Source: Macrostomum lignano (Eukaryota). From it: 64,000 nt of DNA. The notes beneath the pieces are model-generated. The model saw only the letters and a program-made list of their open reading frames with translations, did no database searches and was not told where the DNA came from. Shown here one piece after another: positions 51,095 to 63,647 of this stretch. The position numbers and the translations under genes were made by a program. The number at the start of each line of letters is the position of its first letter. Position 1 is the stretch's first letter. The stretch spans positions 124,001-188,000 of the forward strand of contig NIVC01002291.1 in NCBI GenBank assembly GCA_002269645.1, in the 5' to 3' direction.

Positions 51095-52554
51095 ATGCAG
51101 GGATTCCCCGAGCGATATTCAAGATCGATATTCGGAAATAACAAAAATCTTTGCTTTTAAAGCACCAAACGCTATGATTTTTTACAGAAAAAACATCACC
51201 CACGAGATAAACCTACTTGAAAAAAATTACGGCTACAGATAGAAAGGATTTTTTACAATTTGCAAAAAACTGATGTTCCTATCTCCGCAATGTATTAGAT
51301 TGATATTCGATTTCGAGTACTTCTGCTTGCTCTCTGTCGCTGAAAATTGACATGCAGGACTTCACCCAGACACTAAGCGATTATCATAACTCAAACCGAA
51401 CTCAAAGCTTCATGCTCGAGAACTATTTGAGAGATGAGGTAAGCCACTTTTTGTCCCTGTGTCACATCTTAATCTTTGTGGCATAGTAGCCATTTGTAAA
51501 TTTTATTTCATAGCTACGAAATGCCTCGAAATTTGGACGATTTACAGATCGATAGCGTTGTGACTGATGGAATAAAAAAGTTTGCAACGCCTCGTAGTTT
51601 TAAAGCTTCGGCTCCCATCTTCTGCTACATCGCAGAACGACTAAATTTGAGGAATACCATACACAATCGAGCCATGATGTTCCACTGGATTCGCAAAAGA
51701 ACAAAAGAAAAAAATGAATTGGCCGGATTGACTGGAACTTTCTCTGAGGGCCGCATTCCTTTGATTAGTACTCCCCCTAGACCTTCTGAGGGTCACTCTC
51801 CTCCGGTTAGCACTCCCCTTAGTCCTGAAACTCATTCTATTGTATCGACTGATGTATTGTCACTCGATGTCAAGCAGAAGAGCCGCCAAAAGCAGACGGT
51901 GCAGCAACAATTGATTGGGTGAGTTGTAAAATTCTTGTACGCATAAACACCTCTGTGCCAAATATCCATACACATGTACTCACTTTACCTTTACTTCTTG
52001 TACATGCACTACGGTAGATTGAGTGCTCATCCTGTCTTGACTGGATCCACTGCGTCTGTGCATCCACAACGCAAGAAGAGGAAAACTTCTGCTGCTCGAC
52101 CTGCATCAATTTACTCAGCTGATCGATTACCATACAAGTCAATGGCCTAACTTTGTGCAGCATTAAATATGCATGACTATTAGACTATAGTCTAATGATT
52201 TAATTAAATGATAAGATTAAAGAGCTAATTGAGTTTCATCTAAATTATAATTTATTCAGTGCAAATAAACGCTTAGTGTCTGGGTGAAGTCCTGCATGTC
52301 AATTTTCAGCGACAGAGAGCAAGCAGAAGTACTCAAAATCGAATATCAATCTAATACATTGCGGAGATAGGAACATCAGTTTTTTGCAAATTGTAAAAAA
52401 TCCTTTCTATCTGTAGCCGTAATTTTTTTCAAGTCGGTTTATCTTGTGGGTGATGTTTTTTCTGTAAAAAATCATAGCGTTTGGTGCTTTAAAAGCAAAG
52501 ATTTTTGTTATTTCCAAATATCAATCTTGAATATCGCTCGGGGAATCCCTGCAT
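51095..52554. mobile_element. Mutator/MULE-like non-autonomous DNA transposon, about 290-bp TIRs, 9-bp TSD
   Basis: ATGCAGGGATTCCCCGAGCG... at 51095 and its reverse complement ending at 52554; GATTGATAG at 51086-51094 and 52555-52563. Confidence 0.88.
51434..51918 (+). CDS. Spliced ORF of unknown function inside the MULE (51434-51438 joined to 51514-51918; downstream exon not found)
   Basis: ATGAG|gtaagc ... tttcatag|C TAC GAA ATG opens a 135-codon frame ending GG|gtgagt. Confidence 0.45.
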
Positions 52555-53284
52555 GATTGATAGCTAGCCTATCCGACGGGTTGCACTCAGTGGTGGTTAG
52601 TTTGGTTAATTTCCGTCATCAATCATTTTCAAATTACCTAGGTCGTCTCTAGCCTAAGACAAAATCGTTAAATTTATACTTGGTAACGACGAGCAGTTTT
52701 GTTGCATTTGACACCACACTTTGACCTAAACATTGTCAAATTTACTCTTGCAATGTCTGAGGTAAGCTTTAAAATTTAAATCAGTATATTATATTCTCAA
52801 TCTCAACCAAAGTCTTCACGACTTTTTAACTCCTAAAAAGTGACTGGCCAGTGTCCAACATGGGAACTTTTCCTGCCAAACTGACTAGAGTTAGACAATA
52901 TAACATTGAATATTTTTTAAAATATTTCCAAACCAAAATGGCACTTTCACATTTAATGAAACAATTATACCTAGACCTATTTAATTGCAGCTGAAATATT
53001 TATATTAATAATCAGAATCAGATGCTCTTTGTTTATAATCATTTATTACACTTTTATTAATTAATATTTATTAAATTTATCATTCATATTATTATCTCTA
53101 CCTATAAAAATGAAAACAAAATGAAACTAAAACTGAGTTAAATATATTAATTAATGCTTATTGCCAATGCTATAATTATTATGTCTACTGTATTATCATA
53201 ATTCTAACATTATTTAGGCCTTAAGTTAAATACTATTCTTAGTATTATAGAAATAAATAAGCCCAGACTGGGCTTCTAAGCCGC

Positions 53285-53940
53285 TTCTTGAAGTTTATGT
53301 TGATAAAATACTTCCGTTTTTCCGATTTTTCTGAAACTTGTGGTGGACACTTATGGGACACCAAAAATCTCAAAAATGCAATTAAAACAGCAGAAAGTTA
53401 CCTGTACAGTTGACGCAATCACAATTTACTCTATTTCTTATTCTCTTAATGAGGTTCTAAAACCCCCCATTCTCCCTGCCCCGGTGGTTGGTTTTAAGCT
53501 ACAACCCCTCCCCCTATTAGGATTGAAATAAATCAACACAATCTTCAATAGGTCTCCATGCCTCTATTGAAGTTTATGTTGATAAAATCAATCTTTAAGA
53601 AGAATCTCCCCATCCTAAAACCCTTCATTCCCCATGCCCCGGTGGTTGGCTTTAAGCTACAACCCCCCACTTATTAGGATTGAAATAAATCAACACAATC
53701 TTCAATAGGTCTCCATGCCTCTATTGAAGTTTATGTTGATAAAATCAATCCTCATAAAGAATCTCCCCACCCTAAAACCCCCTAGTCCCTATGCCCTAGT
53801 GGTTGGCTTTAAGCTACATATAATTGGGTTAAAGCTACCAAAAAATGGAGCTCAAATTTGAAATCAGCACCATCAAAAACCTTTTAAAGATGGAATTATG
53901 ATCAAAATTGCAACTATTTTATCAACATAAACTTCAAGAA
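53285..53940. mobile_element. Possible MITE with 26-bp inverted termini and internal about 157-bp direct repeats
   Basis: TTCTTGAAGTTTATGTTGATAAAATA at 53285-53310, reverse complement at 53915-53940; core repeated at about 53566 and 53723; no clear TSD. Confidence 0.45.
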
Positions 53941-54604
53941 ACCCAACAAACTGATGCACCAATAAATACCAATATTGGTCCATGAGAACTCACTACCAAG
54001 TAGCTGATCCACCTGCTGGCTCATACGATTGGCATCAACACAGAGTCATATATGCAATATATGACCATATTGTCCATAATAGTTTGTATAAAATTTCTCT
54101 TATCTTTTATTATTCATGCTTATAATAGTCAACCCTCAATGACATTATAAAATGTGTATGACAGACCATAGGATGGTCAAAATCTATTATATATTACCCA
54201 AGGACAACTTAAGTAGTAGGACGCAACACTCGCATATTGTGTAATTTGTATTGGAGGCCTGGTCTTCACATATATGTAATTCTCAACTAGTTGCACGTAG
54301 AAAGCTAATTTTTTTGATGTTAGGTCCAGAATTTTGTTCTTCGTTAAAATGTAAGTAATAAAATAGTAGAGTACATGTATAAGCAGCGTACAGTTAAGTA
54401 CATTGAAAACAACTCAATTTTGTGCAATTTAAAAATATGCGAAATTTTCTTTAGAAATTTGTTAGTCTGTCACAATTCCTAGTCAATAGCAAAAATGAGT
54501 TTTTAGTTTGTAAACTAATAATCTCATTAAGCAAGTATAAAATAAAACAGTTTATGTATTATAGAAAATGTCACTGTCAAATGCCATTGGTTTATTATTA
54601 TGAG

Positions 54605-56809
54605 TGATGTAACCGCCCTTGTCGCCTGTCCGCTCCGTAGAGAGACGAACGCATGACTAGAGGGGGCAATGACCGTAGGCTGCCTATGACCGGGCAATGA
54701 CCTGACGGACCTCCAGCACCAGACTGTCCCGCCCACATGATTAGTAGCTTTGGTAGCGCTTCGTGACCAGAGGGCCAAGGACCCACATGGACCCCACCTG
54801 TAGCCAAGGTGCAATAGTTGGTCACTCGGTCATAGTATGACCGAGTGGCTGCCACCACTCTATGTGACCTGGCGCACCTGGATCTTTCTACCAGACCTCT
54901 CGAGGCTAGAGCCCCGCCTGGATTGGTTACCAGGGGATTCAGGCTAACAGGGGAGACGCATGCAGCCGAGTACAGGGACTCTGCTTGGGGCATGATCGGG
55001 AACTCTGGGCTCAATCCTGGAGGATTTCTCAGCAGGGGATCCTTTGTGGCTGTGAGCGAGGCTGACTTGCGACTTTGATTACTAAGAGTAGTATGAGGCG
55101 AACATGTACTGTCTACAGTTTAGATTGCTCAGGGCGAAGGGACGCGTTAGCATGGGGTTGCAACCTTCCTACTGCCATGCTGTGCCAAGTCTCGCTAATC
55201 CCTCTACTGCACGCACACGCGGCCCCGCAGCACGCACTCACAGGCGGGCTTTGCACAGGGAGAGGCCATTAGCTTACCCAAACTTCCTTATGCTTTGCCA
55301 CCCCGGGAGAAAGGCTTAGCAAGCCATGAGTGAAATGATGGTGAAAGATTGAATAATGATGAAGTTAGTTAATAGTTAATAATTAGGCCCTTAGGCGAAT
55401 AATCAGGCAATTAGGCGGCTTCACTATTGAGTAAAATACAGCAAAAGATACGGTATCACAATTGGCTCAGCTCTCTAATCAGACAATGGAAAATAGGCAA
55501 ACCCCGGATAAGCAAAGGCAATTAGAGCACAAATTAGTAACAGGAACTTACCGGCAGCTGCACAGAGAGAGAGAGAGGCGGAGTGACCGGTGGCGGCTGT
55601 AGGCTGCAATCAGGCAGACGGTGAAGCGGCGATGCGCTGGAGCGACGAGGCGCTGATGTGGATCAGGCAATGCTGATGATGCTGGGCGGTGTCAGACCGC
55701 TGGCCGATAGGCGAGCTCACTTGGGGAGCTAAGGATAACTTGGCGGTAACAGACCGCGGACCGGCAGGGACTCGTCTTATAGACGAATGGGTCAGAACTC
55801 AATCTGACGGCAAGTCCAAAGAAGGACGAGGAGAGGAAAAAGTTGAGGATTCTCATGCCGAAATCGCTTCCTTTTATAGACCTCACAGCCGCCTCCTCAA
55901 GGTCGTTACCATGGCTCCCTCTCTCTGATTGGCTGCCGGCAGAATGACGTCAGAATGAGTAATGATGAGAAGCATGAGACCGGCATAGCAACATGAGAAA
56001 TAGGGAAATTGCGCAATCCGGAGGTGGGGTGGGGGGATAATTGGCGCAGCGGGAGGTCGCGAAAGTGTTGCGCAAGCAAACATTGAGAACAATAGGGCTG
56101 GGGTCGAGAACAAAGGAATTGGAAATCGGGGATAATTGGGGAAAACTGAGAACAATGGAAAAGTAAACATTGGAGAAAAGGTGATAATTAGGTGCGAAAA
56201 CGAGAACAAAAGAAAGAGAAAATCGGAGAAAATGTGATAATTGGTGGGGTCGAGAGAACAAAAGAATCAAAAACGAGAACAATAGAAGCAGAGGTGGGGT
56301 GGGTGTCGCATGAGAAATTTGGGAGGAGAACAATAGCATGAGAAAAGGTTGCGCAAGAGAGGGGGATGAGTCATCGATGAGTCATCGGGGGGAAGAAGGG
56401 GTCACACGACTTGCGTCACCGTTTGGGAGTTTGGGAGGGGATGGGGAGACGGTGAGCACACAAAATACTGTAAGTAGACACAGAGAAGGAGGGGACAGCG
56501 CAGGAAAAAAAGTGCAGAGAGAGATAAAAAGAGGGGGGAAAGGGAAAGTACAGGAAGAATAGGGCGGAAACAGAAGAGATAGGGTAGAGGGGGAGGTACA
56601 GAAAGGGGTAGGGGGCTCCGGAAAGGCAGGTGTGGCGGCAGGAGAGACGGGACCAAGGCAGCAGGAGGGGTGCAGCAGAGCGGGAGTCTCCAGGCCCGGT
56701 CGGAGACCTGGCCGAGTCTCGACAGCTCTGTGCAGAGGGTGCACGGGATAGGAGGCACTTTCGAAAAAGTTCCCATGCCCTATCCCGCGACCAGAGCGTG
56801 GTTACATCA
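54605..56809 (-). repeat. 3' LTR, 2205 bp
   Basis: TGATGTAACC...GGTTACATCA 10-bp terminal inverted repeat; PPT-like GGCAGTGGGGGTG (minus strand) at 56810-56822. Confidence 0.85.
55872..55932 (-). promoter_or_regulatory. LTR promoter (TATAAAA plus upstream CCAAT)
   Basis: Minus-strand TATAAAA at 55878-55872 and CCAAT about 50 bp upstream. Confidence 0.55.
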
Positions 56810-57413
56810 CACCCCCACTGCCTTTTGTGACGGAACTGGTTCCGTCATCATCACTGCCCAACATGGAACCACACAGACGGGAGCGGGATCTCAACCGAAC
56901 GTGAAATCACAGAATTAACAAACCGCGAGCGGGAATGGAAAAAGGCGATAAAATAGAGGGGATAGCAATAAATTCACAAAACGAGATACATAGGTTGAAG
57001 TGCAATACAGAATTTCAAAAATTTCAACTGTTGCTGTGGCTAAAGTGGGAGGGGGGAAACACAGACAGCGCAATAGTAGGGAGAAAAATAGCGAATTGTC
57101 AACAATAAATTATCATAATTGGATAGAAGCGCAGCTGGGAAAGAGGAAACGGGGAAGGGTGAGGGAAGTGGGGAAAAAGAAGGGGGGGAAGGGTTGCTAG
57201 CACACAGCCAAGGGCAGAGCCTCGGGGAGAATGACAATTACACAGGGGAAAAATACTAATGCAGCGCAGTAAATTAATAAGCTAATTTCGCCGGGAGTTC
57301 AACCGCACGGAGGCCTAGCGTCCTTGAAGGCTCGGACCCCGCTTCAGCCAGTCAGAGGGCTTCGGGGCGATCGGTTGTAGGCTGGGAGGCGCCGCGCCGT
57401 GCGCTGGCCACTG

Positions 57414-57420
57414 TATAAAA
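57414..57420 (+). promoter_or_regulatory. TATA box of a putative antisense transcript
   Basis: TATAAAA in a GC-rich context about 100 bp before a consensus donor CG|GTAAGT. Confidence 0.5.
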
Positions 57421-57459
57421 GGCGCCACTGATAACGGGAGCCGGCTGCCTGCAACCTAC

Positions 57460-58747
57460 ACGGAGTCGCAGTTTCCAACCAAGGCACTCAGCGCGATTTT
57501 CCAAACTATACAACTACTCGGTAAGTCCCATCACCAACCTGATTTCCTTTCGCCTATACGTTAAACGAAATCCACCCACTTGCCATGCCTTTCATATTAA
57601 ACTGAGCCAACTGTAGTAGTACAATATGTCTTTTCTTACGGTACTAAGAGTGAGAGGCCAACACAGACTTATTTTTATGAATTTGATTGACGCACAACAA
57701 AGACTCGTATATTATTAGTAAAAGGTGGCATATTAGAAAAACAAGTTTTTATTGGAAAAATAGTGAAATTAAAAATAGTGGCACACACAGAAACACACAC
57801 ACAGGCCTCATTCACATCTCCGAAACCCTCAAAAACTTAACAGCCGAAAGAGTTTGAAAGAGGAATTAATCATTAATTTGACTGCCACCAGTTTGATGTA
57901 CTATTATAAAAGAGAAAGGGGAACCTACCACCACCTTGGCGCATTACTAAAGAAAAGAAAAGGAGGATCCGCCACCATTTTGAGAGAGGTTGCTAGGGAA
58001 AACTGCCACCAATTGTACATTAACAGGGAAGAGAAAGAGGGAACCCGTCACCACTAAGAGTGGATTGCCCGGGGAAACTGCCACCATTTGCCCTTCTACC
58101 AGAGGAGAGGAAGACGAAAAACTGCCATCACTTAGAGGTGTATCATTAAAAGAAGGCGGGGAAGAAGGCTACCACTACTTGATCACCTAGAGCTCAAGGG
58201 GAGGAGAGGGAATGAAGAAAGGAAGAAACCCCCAGGAAGGCCACTACCACACGCCATAAAGTTAAAATCCCCATCTATCTACATCCTAATACCCGGCTAG
58301 TTCCCTACTTCTATTTCATCCCTTAAATTCTCATTTTCAGGATTCCGGCCGCTAGTAGCCGAGCCCATCCTTGAAGAGGAGTCCGACTACGAAGCGCCCG
58401 AAGACAGCCATTCAGAGCCGGACGCCCCCTCTGATTCTGGGCCGGCTGCGCCATCTGGTGACATAGGCGCCGCGGCTCCCGGGCCATGCGACCGCCGGGC
58501 CGCCAGCGAACCAGCGTCCGGGGCCGGTTGGCATCCGGTACCACCGCCGTTGTCAGCCCGAGCGCACGCTCCGCCGCCGGTCGCCGCGGTGACGCCCGTG
58601 GCTGCCGCTCCACAGCCCTTGCCAACCCCTGTGGTGGAGACCGACGGCTCCTGGCATTTGGTCGTGCTGTCGACGGCCCTAATAGCCGGTCTCACAATGC
58701 ACTGGCTACTGCTCTTGGAGCTATTTCTGCGGCTTCCCAACTGCTGA
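57460..58747 (+). CDS. Putative antisense spliced gene (57460-57520 joined to 58341-58747), about 155 aa, acidic/Pro-Ala-rich with a C-terminal hydrophobic segment; no ATG (ACG at 57460 assumed)
   Basis: Donor GTAAGT at 57521, acceptor CATTTTCAG at 58340, phase-1 join open to TGA at 58745-58747. Confidence 0.45.
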
Positions 58748-59331
58748 TGCTGGTGGTTCTTAATGCTTACTTACTAATTCTGAACTATCTGTCCCCATAA
58801 CTTGACTTTAATTACTTACCTGACTTTACATTGACTAAACCACTGGCCTACTCTAAACTAATTGCTGCCCCATTTGCCTGATAAACTTAATTACATTGAA
58901 TGCCCCCCTATTGCCTCATTGAAACCAATTAAAAGTTTCCCAAAATCGGACTTTCACAAAGTGTGAACAAACACACGAAATCAGACCTAAAGGTGCTAAT
59001 TTCCTACGGTCCCAGACTTCCATTGTTCCCAGAAAATCTTAAACAGCGGGGCAGGACCTCCTGTGGAGCAGACCCATAGAAATTTTACTAGTTTCCAAGT
59101 TAATATTTACTGATAGGGAATTAACGCATACTGTACGGGCCTAATTTTCGAGCTAAAATCTTAGATATTTAAACAACACCAACGAGCACGAGGTCACAAC
59201 ATAAATTCGAGTAATAGAGGGCATACGTAAATACGCGAAAAGCGGTCTCCAACGGGGCAACACGAGCAAAATTTCGACACGCGAATCGGGGGGGGAATTA
59301 AGCAATCACTGGCTAGCTACCGATCTGTTAC

Positions 59332-59846
59332 TCAGCGGGGGTCGAATGGGAGACTCACACCTAGCAAGTAAACCTTTTCTGTTCGATAGTCTATGATAGC
59401 ATGCGTACTGGCTAGAAAAGCACTACCCAGGAGGGAAACTGCTGCTGAATTGCCAACGACCAGAAAGAGGATTCTCACCTCTTCTAGCCCAATAACTGCT
59501 GTTAGGGTGGCCTGGCCTAGCATCTCTAATTCATTGCCCGTGTAGGACACGGCCTTCACACATGGGGGCTCCAGGGCCTCCACACTCTGTCCGGTAATTT
59601 TAGTAAAGTCTTTGACTGTTAGCAAAGACAGCGCACTGCCCCATCTACCAGGAGGCGGGTGGGAACATTCTCAATTGGCAACTCTACAACAATATCTCTC
59701 CCGCGTTGTCCTCTAGCTGGTCTTGGCTGATAGAAATCGGGTACCTTCTCAAATCTAAACTTCTTGCTGGGCGGACGTGGCAGGTTAAGCTGGGCCCTAG
59801 AGAGGGAACGGGGCTGAGTTCGGGCCGGGCCATTCAGCCCTCCCAC
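59332..59846 (-). pseudogene. Retroviral-type aspartic protease, frameshifted at the active site
   Basis: VELPIENVPTRLLVDGA followed by a frameshift into LLTVKDF...LLGSAFLASTHAIIDY (LLGxDFL-like motif). Confidence 0.7.
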
Positions 59847-59972
59847 GGGTTTCCCGAACCCGGGGCTCTTCAGGCGTGGAAGGAGGAGGCATCAGAGCTT
59901 GCGCGCGCAGCTGGGCGAGCCTCTCCTGCCTCTCCCTGGTAGCCTCGTCTAACATATCTCTGCCCCACTCCT

Positions 59973-61276
59973 CTAAATCTTGCCTATGGCGATCAGTGGC
60001 GCACGAAGCTGCAATTGCTGCTGCTGCACACCCGGCGCCGGCGGCGTGGGCGCCTCCTGAATTGCAAGCGGCGGGGGCTGGGGTTGGCGCCAGTTCCTAC
60101 TGCTATTAGAGCCGCCCTGCCCCTGCCTCCAGTTCCTGTTGGGAGTGGCGGGGCGAGGGGGCCTCATCTGCTGGGGCAGCTGGGCAACAGACTCTGCTGT
60201 CGCCTTCATAGTTTCATTGAGCTGCACCAGCTGGTTGCGCAGATCTTTTTGCGTTTGCTCTAGCGCGCCCAACCTCTCTTGCATCTCTGATAGGCCGTCA
60301 CCGTCCTCCTCCGTCTCGTCAGCTTCCTGGTTCACCATCCTGACCCACTTGCGAGGGGGCCTGGGTGGCTGCTGAGGTTGCAGACGGACTTCGGTGCGGG
60401 ACTCAGACCTGGGCGGGCCACTACTGTCCCATTTCCCGGCTAAGTCTGCGGCTTCTAACAGGGCTTGCTGCTGTTCTAACACCTGCTCAATTGTCTGCCA
60501 GCGACGGCTCAACAGATCTTGTCTGACCTGGCGGGGGAGCTTAGCGTGTTCCAAGTAGGTGTACACGATTTCTTGTTCTCTCTGCTCACCCTGAATCTGA
60601 GGAAACATGGCCGTTATCTGAGATCTTATCATAGCAGCAAAAGCACTATGTGATTGGCCGGGTTTCTGGCTCAGATTCTTCAGCTTATTTCTCTTAGCCA
60701 GATCAGTGTTGGCCTCGCCCAACTGCTCTCCTAATCTAGATACGAACTGCTCAAAGGGCAATTGCCCGTCCAATCCTAAGGCTAAGTTCTGAAATTCACC
60801 TGGGAGGTGCGAGATGAGCACCTGCTTCCTAGCCTGATCTCCTACAGTTCTCTCCGCGTCCAGCTTGTAGATCATTCTCTCTACCCATTGCACAAAACAG
60901 TGTTCGCCGGAGAGAACTTTTCTACGTAGATTTTCGGCCTCTGGGCGTCTTGGCCCATGTTTAGCTGGTTAAACGCATTGGCTATAGCGGCAACTAAGTC
61001 TCCTAGCTGCGGGACTGCCTGAGGAGGATTCTGGGCTGCGTCCGGGGGAGCAGCGGCGGCTGCTGCGCCACCCTGATTGGGAGCGGGAGCTGCTACTCCT
61101 TCATCTGGTTCCTCAACTACTACTGCTTCTGGAGGCTGAGGGACCTGGTTACCAGCGGCTGCGGCCATTGCGGCTGCGGGGGCGGCAACTGCTGGGGTGT
61201 CAGCGGCCGAGGGTGGTTGACCAGGGGCGTCTGCGCACACAGCTTCTACGACCCTATCTCCACGCGCCCGTGACAT
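59973..61276 (-). pseudogene. Gag-like protein with a frameshift near 60893
   Basis: KIYVEKFSP / QWVERM..LISHL..FEQFVSRL..LKQ-like KNLSQKPGQSHSAFAAMI retrotransposon gag motifs; coiled-coil C-terminal part. Confidence 0.75.
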
Positions 61277-63625
61277 GTGAATGCCGGATAGCTGGGGGAG
61301 TACCCACCACCGGGAAGGAAAAGAAAAGAAAACCGGGCAACTACAGGTAAAGACGCGAAAAGTTGATCCGAAACACACAAACACACTCACACACACACAA
61401 ACACAGACAAAACCCACACACTTGCGGCGTCGAAGAAAACAAATTGAAAAACGGGTGGCTCCACATAATTCCATTTAGGCAGTCCTAACGGCTTCACTCG
61501 GCAAAGCACACTGACTCAAACTGCGGCTACCACTACCAGTTGTCTATGGCACATCCTGACAGGGAAAAATTGGCTATTCAGAGAGACTTGACCTTCATTT
61601 TGCGGCCATGCTAGGGAACCCAAATGCCGACCGTAAACGGACTTACGGCACCTGTACAAATTCTCCCCTAGGGTTGCGCGCCGGACCCCATTTCCTTAAG
61701 AAAGCTACTACGAAGAAGCGTTGGCGCCTGGACCCAAAAACCCAAGTGGCGGGAGCAATCCCCATGGAGGTCCTCCCACTTTACTGCCCTTGCACAGCCG
61801 GAAAACCGTCGGAGTCCAGTGGGGCTTCCACCTCAGGACTACCAATCTTGTACACGCAGCTTCACAAAAGGCGGGAATCCAGCTCCCCTACGTCTAGCAG
61901 AATCCACAAAAACCAAGACCTCCCCTTTCTGTTCAGAGCGAAGGCGCGCAGCGGGAGTCCAGACTAAACTGTCCCCGAAGTTTTCAGGTTAGGCGGATTA
62001 CAAGCCTGAAACTCTCGCCCGCTTTCCTAGGATAAACAGACCTAAGTGAGTATCTTCCTGAAATGCTTGCCCCTCCGATACTCCACCTTTGCTGCAGCTC
62101 GAAATAGCATACTTGGGACCTTTATCTGATGGCGGAGAAGTCCTACAGTTGTCAGCCTCTCCACTTTACTGTACTTGAACGCCCGTTCTACAGGAGACAG
62201 CGGTACCTCCATCTAGGTTATTCCAAGTTGCCAGAGACGTCAACACCGTCTTATTGACCTTGCGGGGCACTGGGGTGGCACTCTATGTACCGGGGCTTTA
62301 CATTAGGGGACTGCATGCAACCCTGCGTCTAAGCGCTTAGTGGGCTGCAGTGGCCAGAGGGGAAAAGAGTTGCGCAATAGCGCCTTCCTGGGCCAGGCTG
62401 ACAAGTCGGGCAGGAGCGCCGTTCTACCGGGTCGGGCTGATTGGCACCCCCACCTCCCCTATCAGACTGACAGCAGGGGGGAGGAATTACTAAAGGAGGA
62501 GAATGCAGCAGGAAACATTACGAGATCACTGGGGGCCACCAGACTTCCAGTACACCATTCCAATACTCACTGAACTCCACTATCAATAGGAGACTACGGG
62601 ATCTACTATTTCCAGCCACTGCACCAGCCCAAATGCAACCAAAGCAGTTACTACCGGGTCTGCAATGCAGTGGGGAGAGTCAGCAGACACGTTGGGATCG
62701 AATCCCAGCCATGAAGGCACCAGGGGTTACCGCAGAATTCAGGTCCGGGCTGATCGCAGGTATTCCATAGGAGGTGACACTTTTTTTAGCCCGAGATTTT
62801 TGAGTCACACTGATACCCTACAGAGATACAATCACACCGCTATTCCCATTCCTGCGAGACTTTGGTATCCCCCAATGTTTCCAAGGCCATGACTACTGCT
62901 TCCCTTACTATGCATATATAGCGAGTTCCCCATAGCCCTTGATAACTGTTCATTCTAATGGACAAACAAAACACGCTCCGGTCTCTACGCATTTCTAGGA
63001 TTAACTGAGCGATCAGGGAGAGCGACTGTTACACTCCCCCGAGTAAAAGAAAGAGGTAGGACAAAGGAAAGAAATGCTTCGCTTCCAGCTTCCCTGTGCT
63101 TGCGTGATGAGGCTTCCGTACCTGGCTGGCTGTCCACCTCAACACTCACACAGTTTCGCTGTAGGCTAGGCGAGAGAAAGAAAGGGAGGGGAAATAAAGC
63201 ATATTACCATGAAATAGAAAGTGAGTCCGGAAAATTCACTTTCGCAGTTCTTCACACACTCCGTTACCAGGTAGCTATTCTGATTGTAATCAAATCCGCT
63301 CGTCTACCACTTCACACTTTCTAGCGCTGAAACTGATCGGCTAAATTAATTTTAAATTGAATCAGGGGCTTTTGGCGAATGAATGAATCTGGAAATTTCG
63401 AATGAATTGAACGAATTCGCAGCCCGAAAAATTTGAAAAGTTACATTAATATTTTTGGACTTTGTTGCCTCACGCCATGGGAGAAGAGAATGACGATTGG
63501 CGATTTTTACGATTGGTAGATTTAGACATGGCACTCTTTGCGCTTCGGCCACCATTCTGAGGGATGCCACAGGTGCGCTTGTCACATCTAAACCACCAGT
63601 CCGAAACTCAGCGCTGTTTGCACCA

Positions 63626-63644
63626 AATCCCACCGCTGCCACCA
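63626..63644 (-). other. Primer-binding site complementary to the tRNA-Leu(AAG/TAG) 3' end
   Basis: TGGTGGCAGCGGTGGGATT located 3 nt inside the LTR; matches the recalled tRNA-Leu 3' end ...AATCCCACCGCTGCCA-CCA. Confidence 0.8.
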
Positions 63645-63647
63645 TTT

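Noticed and set aside
52752-52766. ATGTCTGAG|gtaagc as a possible first exon
   Set aside because: No compatible downstream exon could be identified in the AT-rich sequence that follows
54527-56918. Many 60-140-aa ORFs
   Set aside because: They lie within the LTR and have no domain signatures; consistent with chance ORFs
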